Source of the DNA: Hyphochytrium catenoides
Taxonomy: Eukaryota > Protista > Hyphochytriomycota
NCBI GenBank assembly: GCA_900088475.1
Contig: FLMG01003815.1
Coordinates: 68,205-132,204 of the forward strand
DNA length: 64,000 nt
Reading direction: 5' to 3'
The position numbers and the translations under genes were made by a program. The stretch's first letter is position 1, and each line of letters opens with the position of its first letter. Positions 12,086 to 23,700 of this stretch are shown here, in pieces. The notes beneath the pieces were generated by a model. The model was not told where the DNA came from. It saw nothing but the letters and a program-made list of their open reading frames with translations, and searched no databases.

Positions 12086-13929
12086 GTGTTGACGGAGGTG
12101 GTGGTCGCATTATTAGGTTTCGACAACTTCTTATTAAGGCGGTTCGTTCCTCAATGACCCCAAGACTCCTTCTTAAGGCGTCATAAGATCAAGCACGAGA
12201 AGCCCTCAAGACTGATGAGAAGAACCCGTATAAGCTCCTGCTGCCCCACTACAACTCCCCTATCCAAAGGCGGTGGGATGTAGCGACTGATGCTGTTCAC
12301 AATCCCTCCATCACCTTCTCCTCTACCAGAACAACACACTAGGTTGTGGTTCCCGTGTGATCCGAAGACCTAGCGGTAGTCGTGCCTGATGAGTCATAAT
12401 AGTAGCAGAGGGCCGGACTCAACCACCACCGTAGTACCCGGACGAGGCCATGAGTAAGCAGCACTAGAATCTGCACTAGAATCTACTATAACAGAAAGCA
12501 TCTGGCCCTTTCCCAAATACTCCTTGGATGGTAGCTTAGTCTATGAGAGCATACTGGAGACAGTCCACAAAGCCCCTCCTCACCATAATAACACACACTT
12601 ATTAGCTTTAGATTCTTCTGTCGCGAGTACAGTGGGATGATTATTAGGAGAAGCTACCTGCGCTAATAACAACAGCACTCCTCCAAGCTTTGCGTCCTAC
12701 GGGATGTTGGCCTTCTTAGACCAGACTAGACCAGTGGAAGAGTGTCCGGAAGCCTCGATCTGACCTCTCAAAGCTTAACTGCAGGCAGCTTTGTAAAGAG
12801 TCAATAATGAAACAGATCATCGCCCCTGTCTTCAGTCGTGAATGAAAGGTCGGAGAGTGTTCATAGAGTGAAACCTCATGGCAAAAGCGGGCCCACAAGT
12901 CAACAACAGAACCTTGCTTTAGTCCCTTATTAGGCCGTAGAGCTCCCCAACGGCAACTGCGTGACAAATAAGCTTCAGTGTAACAAGAGCAAATGCTGCT
13001 GGCCGCTTCGTGACGATTATGCGACAAGACTGGGGCCAAGTTTGTTGCTGCACTAACCACTCTGCTAGAACAATCTCCCCTTGGCCTTCCAGCACGCAGT
13101 CAAGCATGTGATGATAGGTGATGACGGCTATCTACCATGATGTTCCTTTCGCAGGCAGGCAGCACCAGTTCGGCAGGTTCAGTATCCAAGTCAGGCAGGG
13201 AGGTGATGTTTGAGGTATGAGCTGAACGAGAAGAGAGGAAGACAGGGATTGAAGCGCTCTCTCCCTCTCTTCTCTCTTTCTCTCTGTCTGTCTCTCTCTT
13301 TCTGTCATCAGTCTCCTTGCTCAATGACTCCACTCGTCCCCCTGTAGAACTAGATCTCTCCAATGTTGAATGGTAAGGTAATTTGGTACTTTTTCCGAAT
13401 GTAATAATGGGTCCCTCTTACCAGGTCTACTGCCTTACGCACAGCCTGTCAAGATTACTGTGAATTATGGAAGATCCATGTAAAAGAGCCATAGATACCA
13501 AAGAGCCAAAACATTCTGACAGGTGCTTTCGAAGCAGTAATCAATTTACAGTGTAAACTTACACGCCAAGAGCAGCACTCCGGTAAAAGGCAATTGGCTT
13601 TGAGAAGTAACTAAGGCACTGTGAATCTCTAGTATGCTTTCCAGCCGTCTCTGCCCAGCCTCACTTGTCAAGCCAGAAATGACGGATTATCGGAGTACTG
13701 CTCGCCCCATTCATAGATCCCCGTCCAATTGCCGCCACCACTCATCACCACACCGCCAGCTCAAAACTCTGTCGCCCTGCTTGCAGCGCTCCAGAAGACT
13801 GCGCTCAGAATCTTTCCCAGATCTATAGGATCTGTTAGCAGAGGAAGCACTTTCTTCTGGCAGAGACCATCGGCCCTACCCCTCCATCGCGTTCAGTCTA
13901 GAGTGCCATAGGGTTAAAATAAAGGAAAG

Positions 13930-16350
13930 ATGTCACAAGGAGGTCAGTTCTACACACCAACAGTGCACCTCAATTACGAAGGATGGGGCCCAACTACCCT
14001 CCCTGAGCAGTATATCGATGTTCCGTATGCACCGTTCGGGAAGGGCGACAGGCTAGGGAAGGCTGCAGACTTCACCTCAGGACACTCGTATGGCAGATAT
14101 AGAAGTAAGATTGTGGGACTAGTTCTGTGAGTTTATCCATGGTCCTAAAGCTTGACCCTGTCTACAGCCTATCAGCGCGGACGTGGCGGAGAGCCAGATG
14201 TGAATGCTGAGCTGCAGTACAGATTCGACGTCGCTGAGGATCTAGCATTCCAGCTGGTTGATACCTCTAAGCCTCACAGACCGCGTATTGTCGGACGGAA
14301 GCCATGGCAGCAGCGAGGCCGGAAGGATCAATTCCAGGGTCGCAACCGCAGACTCCAGCCTGCCGGGGCCCTTGGAAAGCGTCAGCAGGGCAAATACGAC
14401 AAGCTCCGGAAGGGACGTTTTGGAAACCGTCGTCGCGACGACAGGAAGGTGGACAGAGCGGCATCTGTCAAGGTGCAAGCAGACTGGAAGGTCATTGACC
14501 AGTTTGAGCTGCCGCAGCTGCTAAAGCTGCAGGCCAACGACCCGGATGCAGAGGACATGTGAGTGTACCACTATCAACATATTTGCTTGTGTTTTCTCTC
14601 CGCTTCCCGCTCGCGCTTTCAGGCGTTTGTGACAATGCTAAATGGGCAAGTGCTTATCCACGCGAGCGAAGAGTAATATTGGGCCACACTTTACACTCCG
14701 TTGCTTTCATGATTGGCTGAGTGTCATTACAGTCCACACATTCCTATGTCATCTTACTATCCCTTCCTCCCTCTTAACTCCCAAATGCCTAATAACGGCT
14801 CTATTGTCTCATTCCTTGACTTGTCTTTTCGTTGCTCCCCCCTCCCCCAACACAGCAAGTGGTGCGGCTACCTTGAGCAGTATGATGACAGTTATGACCG
14901 ACTGTCTGCGAGAACAGAGCGACCTCTTGAGAGGATTGAAAATCGTGAGTTCTACTGTGTCACGACAACCGATGATCCTCAGATTGAGGAGCTGGCAACC
15001 AAGGGAATAGGAAACGTCTTTGCGACGGATGCTATTTTGGCGCACCTCATGGTTTCTCCCCGATCCGTTTACCCATGGGACATAGTTGTTCAAAGAGTGG
15101 GAGACACACTCTTCTTTGACAAGAGGGACAACTCTCAATTTGACTTCCTTACAGTCAACGAAACCGCTACCGAAACTCCTCCTGCCGATGATCCTGAGTC
15201 TATCAACCACCCAGACAAGCTGAGCCTTGAGGCCACGGCCATTAATCAGAACTTCTCTCAGCAAATCCTTCTCTCTTCGGGAGAAAAGAAGGTTTACGAT
15301 GGTCCCAATCCCTTCTACGATGAGGAGGTTGACGAGGTGGAGCCTGCAGCTGTGGCATACCGCTATCGCAAGTGGGATCTTGGCAGTGGCATCAAGCTAG
15401 TATCTCGATGTGAGCTCCACGGTGTCACACAGAAGCGTGGTGTTGAGAATCTCTTCACCGCTTATGCTCTAAACGAGTGGGACTCAAAGCTATCTGGTAA
15501 CGATGACTGGAGAAAGAAGATTGACGCTCAGGTAAATAGCTTATTAATGGGCCAGGAACGGGATGTGTTGGTTAAGGTCGGAAGTCCGTATGATCGTATG
15601 AATATATACGCTATGCATAGCCTTTGTGATGATATCGTGATGAAAATAGCTGACGGACAGCGGCCATCAATGGCGGCCATCGTAGTGACTTTCCAGACTT
15701 GCTTACCTCTTATTCTAACTCGTTGTCATTCGCCGTCTACAAATACAGAGAGGTGCTGTGTTGGCAACTGAGTTGAAGAATAACTCGAACAAGCTTGCTA
15801 AGTGGACAGCTCAGAGCATACTGGCCGAAGCTGATCAAATGCTCATCGGGTTCGTCTCACGGAGATCGCCAGGCGACGCTTTCAACCATTCAGTTATTGG
15901 CACACAAATGTACAAACCCAGAGATTTTGCTCAGCAGATTAACCTCAGTTTTAATAATATGTGGGGCATCATCAAGGTAAGGTTCACAATGGGGCGAATA
16001 GGAGCAACCTTTGGCTCTTTCCTTTTGAGCCGTCGTCTTTCTGCGTCCATTACTTGGTGCCCTTCCCTCTCTTCCCGTCTTTGTATCCGGTTGCCGCACT
16101 TGCCGGTTGCCGCACTTGCCTGGTCTTCCTCGTGATTTCGTTGGGGTTCGATCGCTCATTTGAGAGAGACCTGGTATCCCCGGGCTAACATGTTGTTTGC
16201 CTCCAGATGCTTTGTGAGAGGTTCATGGAGCTCCCTGAAGGGAAGTACGTCATCATGAGAGACCCCAACAAGCCAGTTGTGAGAATTTATTCCGTGCCGC
16301 CAAATACCTTTGAAGACGAGGATGAGGAGAGCGATGAAGAGGAAGAATAG
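13930..16350 (+). CDS. EIF3D: Eukaryotic translation initiation factor 3 subunit D; exons 13930-14104, 14168-14558, 14856-15531, 15749-15976, 16207-16350
   Basis: GWGP...[18 protein letters not shown]; SVKVQADW; [12 protein letters not shown]; [11 protein letters not shown]; LTVNETA; YRYRKWDLG; ALNEWDSK; [28 protein letters not shown]; [20 protein letters not shown]; acidic tail. Confidence 0.97.
14604..14743 (+). ncRNA. Intronic box H/ACA snoRNA (eIF3d intron 2)
   Basis: Hairpin 1 (cgctcgcg/cgcgagcg, upper stem aggcgtttgt/gcaagtgctt), H box AGAGTA at 14670-14675, hairpin 2 (tgggc/gtcca, upper stem acactc/gagtgt), ACA at 14738-14740 plus 3 nt. Upper stems end 13-14 nt before the H and ACA boxes. 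Confidence 0.75.
15584..15658 (+). ncRNA. Candidate intronic box C/D snoRNA (eIF3d intron 3)
   Basis: Terminal stem gtccg/cggac, imperfect box C (ATGATCG), internal GTGATGA, box D CTGA at 15650-15653, and 11 nt (atatacgctat) complementary to conserved 18S rRNA AUAGCGUAUAU. Confidence 0.35.
16087..16120. repeat. 16-bp tandem duplication in eIF3d intron 4
   Basis: ccggttgccgcacttg x2, then cc. Confidence 0.9.
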
Positions 16351-16952
16351 TCACAAAGCTGTCGTAAGGAGCTGCAGAACCATTGTGGCGTTAGAGTTAA
16401 GCTTCACAGTGGAGCGTATAAAGAGATTGGCGTTAAAAACATGAGTTCCCACGTAGTTGATGTGCAAGCTCAACCTCGGTTAAGCAGCAGCATGAGTTAC
16501 AAATAATCCCTTTTTAGAACATCTGCCTTTCGAATGCTCGATGGCACCACGTGGTTCTTCGGCTTCGATTTGCACGAGCCAGTCCTTCTAAATGCGTTGT
16601 CCCCGTCACTGTTTGGTCCTGACATTTGCTCACGAGCTCTAGATGGCCGTACTGCCATTTCGCATCTATGCTAATGTCTTACTACGTTTTTAGAAAGAAA
16701 CAAGGTATCACAACGCACGGCCTCATAACTGCGCCCCCTACTAATAGCAGACGTGAGACTTTCAATGAGGTGAGAAGCGTTCAATCCCATTCCGGGGACA
16801 AAGAATGACCCATGGGCATGCTTGGAGCTACGTGCTAGGAGTAAAAATAGCGGCTATATTTCCTGATTGCTTATAAGTCCTTATGTACTCGCCAAATTAT
16901 ATCTTCACACTTGAAGGTGATCCCTTCCCCAATGTTTGAACCTGCATACGCT

Positions 16953-17717
16953 TTAACCCTTCTTCTGGAGAGTGGCAGAGAGCCAGTCCAGACCCTCATA
17001 AAGTCCATCACCCGTCGTAGCGCAGCATGCCTGGATGAACCACTGGCGCTGTCTCAGACCATGGAGGCCAAGCTTGTCAGTCATTTCGGCTGCGCTCATT
17101 GCATTTGGCAGATCCTGCTTGTTGGCAAATACTAGTAGAATGGCTTCCCGAAGTTCGTCCTCGTTCAGCATGCGGTGAAGCTCATCACGAGCTGCAAAAA
17201 GCACCATAAGATCAGGGGCTCATATCTATACAATCACCAACAACAGGGGCACGGCTTACCAGCATCGATACGATCTCTATCATTGGAGTCTACCACGAAA
17301 ATCAGTCCCTGTGTGTTCTGATAGTAGTGTCTCCAGAGAGGTCTGATCTTGTCCTGTCCCCCAACGTCCCACACGGTGAAGCTAATGTTCTTGTACTCTA
17401 CAGTCTCAACGTTGAATCCTAAGGAAGAAGAAAAGAAGTAAGACTCTAGCCCCAAACAGGAGACCTAGGGAGATTGACATCATCAGTTTGGCCACCAATA
17501 GATCCAATAACTTGAAATGACAACTTGTTCTGATAAGCCACGGTACTATCGAGCTAGATAGGCACATACCAATGGTAGGAATCGTGGTGACAACCTCGCC
17601 CAGCTTCAGCTTATACAAGATCGTGGTCTTTCCTGCAGCATCCAGCCCCACCATAAGGATACGCATCTCTTTCTTCCCAAACATGCGCTCCCATATTCTT
17701 GAGAATGTAAGACCCAT
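16953..17717 (-). CDS. ARF1: ADP-ribosylation factor 1 (class I ARF GTPase); exons 17717-17570, 17418-17260, 17191-16953
   Basis: MG myristoylation start; GLDAAGKT; [39 protein letters not shown]; NKQD; CAT. Confidence 0.98.
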
Positions 17718-19819
17718 GGTTCCAATGTAAATAGCTCACTCTCCCTGTCGAGGAGTGTGACGGCACTTTCAATGGCTTAGGGGTTTATGCAGAGACTGGG
17801 CAAAGCTTTGCTTGTACCCAAGGCAATGAAATGGCAATGCCGGCTGCACACAGAAGGCACCAAGTCTTCGGTTGGGGCAGAGCGGCGGCAGAGCAGTCGG
17901 AGAAGTTGCGGAGAGCGTCACTGCCGCAAAAGCTTAACGTTGACAATAATAACTGGCTGCCGCGACGTTAGGCCTAGATTTCCTATTGGATCTTAGCGTA
18001 GTAAGAAGCAGAGTTCCGTCCAATCTGCCGGCTATGAGCCTCTAACACACCATCCACAGGGCCAGGAAAGGGAAGGGGGGAGGCACGAGTGTTAGGCTTC
18101 AAAATGGTGGTTCGAGGTTGTTAGGCGGACGGGGGGATTTGAGATGTGAGTGTGTTTAGGGAGCTTTTGGAGTGTGGTGTGAGAGACGTATGATCTCTAG
18201 GGCCAGCACCTAGTGAGTAATCTAAGATACACTCCTAGGAAGACAGAGAGAGTGGAGAGAGGAAGGGAGAGAAAATTTTTGGAATTGACAGGTACAGAGT
18301 GAGAGAGAGAGTGAGAAGAAATGTTGTTCCCTTCGCCCAAGAGCTGAAAATGTACGATAGTTCACGGAAAGGCTGAGACAGAGTGTATGGCAAGGGGTCT
18401 AACAGCTGTCCAAAGGGTGGAAGAGAATCAGCGAGGTAGCCAGGATGTGGAAGAGGTTCAGACAGAGTGGCGGTGTGGGAGACAGAACAGGACAGAGAAG
18501 TTGAAGGGGAGCTGCATGTTGCCCAAAACTAACAAGAAAGGGCCCCAACACAGAAACAGAGGAGTTCCACCGCTGTGATAGTCTAACACGTGGAAGTAGT
18601 AATACCAACGGCCTTAACACTAACCCTTACCCTACACAATAATAGTTCTTTTTTTCTTATCCACAGTTGGCTCAAGAATTGAGAAACTTTCCGGGTCCCC
18701 TATCCTCACCTTTGAGACGTCACACACCTCAGTCACTGCCGCTATGATCTGAGACAGTGGATCAGGGGGAGCGCCTCATACCTAGCCGGCGAACTCTGCG
18801 TATCCTCACAAAGAAAGAACCATTTTAAAAGTCCGGAATGGGTTACGTCTCACCACCCTTTCTAAAGTACAGTCCTAGGTGAAGCTCTAATAAATAAGTC
18901 TCCCATTCCGAAATAAAACTGAGCAGCGCGACTGCTCAAGATGTGCTCTCACTTCGCGTGGCTGCTTATGATTGGCTCTTCGTTTCGTGCTTGTCTCTGG
19001 TGCGCCGGCACTCATAGAACTGCGTGCTTCTTTACAATCATAGTCTCACTGTCTTCTTCAGAGTCCGGAGCTTTGTCACCATGACCGTTGAGTCCGTCAC
19101 ATATGCTCATGCCGATGAGTAGCTATCGTACAGCGCTGAATATGAGCGCTATTGGTTACCGCAGATGATTGCCATGAGTGCGGGACGTGCTCCATCTGTT
19201 TTTATGCAGACCCTCAGCGCAACTATGATCTCTTAAGTTGGAGTGCATCAGAGCTCCGAGAATATATTGACACAAAATGCGTCGGAGCTTTCTCATAGGT
19301 GTAGTTCACTTCTGCATCTTGTGACATGGATTGTCAGGACCGCGACATTACTTTTTTATTTTTTTATTGACGGCTGTATGGGTGGTGAGGCCTCCAGTGA
19401 GGTCACATTGACTTGCTCCATTGGGAAGCCCTGTCCCTTGCCCTCGCCCTTGTCTGCCCCTGCCCCTGTTCTAGGGGGCAGTGGTGATGGGATTGAGTCG
19501 TTTGCGTCCCGTATCTAATATCTCTTCTCTCCACCTATCGCTCCTTTCCGTCTTTTTGTCGTTTGAGCCTTTTACTAGTAGGACATGATGTTTTCTAGGG
19601 CTTCCCTTACCGATATTCCAATGTACGTCAAAAATTCTTCCGGGAGATCCTGCGCTGTGGAGGATCGTTGTTTTATCTCCTCAGCTTGGTGCTTCAGCTG
19701 TTATTGTGGGTCGGTCAGGAAGAGAAACGGCTCTGGTTGCTGCTTTGTTGTGGTGGTCATCGCGACCTTATAATATTTGGCGATCTCACCGGACGATGAA
19801 GAGGAGCTTGTGGTTATTA

Positions 19820-19876
19820 GGTCCAGGTCAGCTCTACAAGCGGATGACGGTCCAGCTCAGCTCTACAAGCGGAGAC
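19820..19876. repeat. Near-perfect 29-bp tandem duplication
   Basis: ggtccaggtcagctctacaagcggatgac followed by ggtccagctcagctctacaagcggagac. Confidence 0.85.
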
Positions 19877-20766
19877 ACTTGAGGAGGCATTCCTGAGCGA
19901 GTAGACTTTATTTATATCCCGTAGGGATCGCTGTTCTAGTCATTCCTCTATCTAAGTGTTGACAGAGCTGAAGATATTTCGCGGGTAGAGCTCTGAAGAC
20001 CTTGTCTCAATATTTGTAAGAGCTTTGCTAGGGTCACCAGCAACATAGGAAGCGAATCCATGGTAGCGACTACTAAGAATGTAGAGTTTGTTACAATAGG
20101 ATGCCTCGAGGAACTATTTATCTGCAATCTTCTACAGAGACTCCCCTCCCGTTTGTGCGTACATGATGTAACGCCCAGAACCAGGTGTATGCAAAATCAT
20201 TCAGAATGTTCCCGAGCAAGAGGTGGATTGAGGCACAGTCAATGGCCATTGCGTTACAGTGATACAGTGATGAAGGGATCACAAATAAGAGCTGCATCTA
20301 AATCCTTATTCCCGACAAGCGCCCTTCTGATGTACAGTACGATACTGTATGGAACTTTGGTGCTGGCAGATGCTGCTGTTCAATTTCAAATGTTGGGCAG
20401 TTCGCGGGAAGCAGCGGAGTGTTCCTTTCTAGCAGGGCATCGGGTCACTTTGCCATGACACTTCTTCTCCTTCATCTCTCATCAACAAATGGCCGTCTCT
20501 TCTGTGCTGTCAGCCCTCGGCCGTTCTCAGTGAAGTGCATCGCATTCAGCTGACCATACGTAGATCTAAGGGCAGTTCAGCAGGGCTCTGCTTAGCCATG
20601 GGCTATGGGGCCACGGTCTGCTGTATCCCTCGGAACGGGAGTAGCCTGCGTTTGATGGCTTCCGAACACTGCTTTATAGAGGGAGGTAGTGTCTGATTAG
20701 CCAGATTGTGCTGCTTCTGGCCTTCAGGCTTAAGGGAGGCTCAAGTGGAGCTTGACAGTGAAAAGG

Positions 20767-23700
20767 ATGAACTACCCTGATCCAAAGCACAACCAGGAGC
20801 TTAGTTTAGATGCTGACGAAGCAAAAGTCGAGATCGGATCCAGCATTCCACCACTAGTTGATGGCACACTGCGTGGCGAGGTGGAGCTGGCAGTTCCACA
20901 CATTGAGCTGCTAGCTCAGGGTTCGTCCCAGGAACGACAAGATGGGATAGAGGTGAATGTGCCCACACACCGTCTCGCTTCTGCTTTCTGGCAGATCAGG
21001 CCCCCTTCCTTCCCCCCACCCCGGGACTCCCGGTTGCCTTCTTCTTTGCTGCTTCTAATCACCGTCGCTCAATCACTCTAGATTCGTGTTAGGTGGTGGG
21101 GCGAGGAGGGTGAAGGAAGAGCTTTCAGGCCCTTCGAGGTCTTTTGGAGTGGAGCGCCAAGGGTCGAAAGGGACGAATTGAAGGATGCAAAGCCCAATGT
21201 TATTCTGTATCCCTTCCGCTGCAGTTTAGAGAGGTTAAAAGCATACTTTAGGGATATGGTCAGTAAGAACTCGTTTTCAAAGAATAGTTCCTTGCCAAGC
21301 TGTGTGATTTTCTCTGAAGCTCATCAAAGGATCATCACTCTAGGGCCAACTTGTGCTTGAGGTCTTCAGCGCTGCAAGCAAGGAACTTCTCGGCACTGCG
21401 GCTCTGGATCTAACTGGCGCTCTTAAAGAAGAGAAGACGGATAACGCCCCTCAGCGTCTGCAGATAGTCAAAAGCATTCCCCTAGAGAGAGCACCGCAGA
21501 CAACGAAGCCACCTGGTATTGCTGCGCGTTCTTGGATGTCTTTCTTTCTTACTGCTCTTTTTGCTACTAACCTCACGGTTCGCCAGCTGTTTACAACGCC
21601 TATTTACATTCTCTGGATTGACCTGTAGTCTAATATGCACCCTAGTTCCCATTCTTGGCTCGCTTAGGGTCCACTTGCAGGTGAAAGTAGAGACTGACAG
21701 CGTCATACTCAGAGCCAATCACGAGTATCAAAATACAAGTGTATGCGCCAGTGAAACGTCAAATCCTACTCAAGGATTACGAAGAAGGAGCAGTAGGTCC
21801 AATGCAAGATCTAAGATAGCTCTTGACCAGCACGGAAAGGAAGGCGGAGGTCAGGTAGTCGCCAGCGACGAGGTGCAGGTGATGCAGCTCTCAGGTCGTC
21901 CCCTCAATGTTCTCTCTTCCTTTCAATTGAACGAACTACTGGCGAAGCACGACCTCAACAATACCCTACCGACGAGGCCGGGACCGGGACCATCGCTATC
22001 CCCAGTCGTGGATGCTAATCCAACGAAGTCCTCCAGTAAACTCCCCATCCGGGTAAAGAACCCTGCTGTCGCATCCCTAGAATTTTCGGGCTGTTTAGCA
22101 AGAAGCGAATCCCTCGTATTGCCAAGTCTTTACGACCACTTTCAACCCTTTCATTGTTTCACCATCCTTTTGACCTTGCCTTTGGACCTTCATTCAATGA
22201 ATTTTTTGGCGTTCTTAGCTTGGTCTCTTGTCTGCTCCACTGCAGACTAAAGGGCGCCCCACGGGGTCTAATGTACCAAAGCCCACAAGTAAAATCCCTT
22301 CCGGTGCTCCGAGGAAAGGGGTTGATCAAAGGAATATAGACAAGCCGTCGGACGGGATCAAGAGGCATACCACGTCTTCGCATGCGCCTCCTAATTCCTC
22401 GTTTGCTATCCAAAGACAGAGGAGAGGGATCACCAATGTGACGGAGCATACTCCACTTCTGGGCTATGACACGGCTGAAAGCCGCTCCGTTTTTAGCCAA
22501 GGTAAGAGACATACCTGTGCTACGTTCCAAACTTCCGTCCCCTCGTTCCATGTCCTTATAAGGGAGTGGGTCGCCAAGCCTACGCCAGACTCAATGCAGT
22601 TTCCTTCTTTCTTTATAACGCCTTCCGTTTGCCACGTCGGCCATCTTGACGATGATCAGATTGCTGAAGTTACCCTTAGGTCTCCAGGTGACCCCAGAAG
22701 TAGTGAGCCAAAGGTTGAGGGAAGCGCTGGAGCGAGCGGCAAAGCTTCAAGGCCAGATGGAAAAGGAGATCCAAAGAGGACCAAAATATCAAGAAGAGGA
22801 GGACTCTCTCGACCCTGACGCTCTTCTGTTTGGTAGCTCACCAGGGAGTGAGGAGGAGGTGTGCTGCTCAAGCGCTGTTATATTTTCAAGTTGATGATTC
22901 TGTCTAACTCTGCTTCTCCTTCTATTTCTTCAAGGCTGATCTGCGCGCCATACTTCTCCGCACAACTGCGGTAGACAGCACCAGCGATGAAGCCTCAGAA
23001 TTTGAGGATGAGTACTTAGACAGCCTCATTGCAGGGGGAGATCCACCACCTCATAAAAACACTCTTTGTAGTCCTCCAGGCTCGCTGCCTTCCTCTTTGA
23101 CCACACCGGCCAGTAAGCTACTCGAATCTAAAAGACGAGTAGTTCTTCGGATACACGAGCTGCAACTGCTAGAGCCATGGTTCAACTATGTTCGCGGAAA
23201 CGGACGATTTAGCCGACGAGAAAAGCAGATTGAGGTCATCCTGCAATACTCTCTCCCTCCCGTAAAGCCTGGTGCTCAAAAGGGCGACATCGTTCGTCTT
23301 CCTATATCTCTGCCATTAATTAATACATCCATGAAGACACAGGCAGTTCATCTGCACCATGAACACACTCTAGAGGCTGATTTTGAAGATAATGCAGTCA
23401 GGGAAGCATGGGCAAACGGTTTTGTGATCTTCAAGTTACTCCGAAAGACTACCAAGAGGTAAGAAGAGCAATGTTAAAGATGTCTTTCTGAAAGGTGACT
23501 TGAAGAGAGATAGAGTTAACGGTTTGCCTTACTTTAGGAAAAGTTCTGGCGTCCAAATCCAGAGCCGCAGAAGTGTCCACGAAAAAGAAACTTTGGAGAA
23601 TCTCGGAGAGGGGAAGCTTCCCTTATCGACTTTTATGGAGGAGGGTTCTCTCCCGGACTTGTCATGTTCCCTCTTCCTTCACCCAGACGCCAGGCAGAAA

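Noticed and set aside
12716-13107. Overlapping minus-strand ORFs upstream of eIF3d
   Set aside because: Non-ATG starts, no motif and no coherent splice model.
16117-16193. Third snoRNA (single hairpin + ACA) in eIF3d intron 4
   Set aside because: A hairpin and ACA exist, but I found no clear H box or first hairpin, and the ACA is very close to the 3' splice site.
18610-18640. Telomere-like taacccttaccct
   Set aside because: Only two degenerate units.
18745-18810. TPP riboswitch-like ctgaga...atacc
   Set aside because: Lacks the CUGAU...UAAUGC...GCGUAGG half and is not near a thiamine gene.
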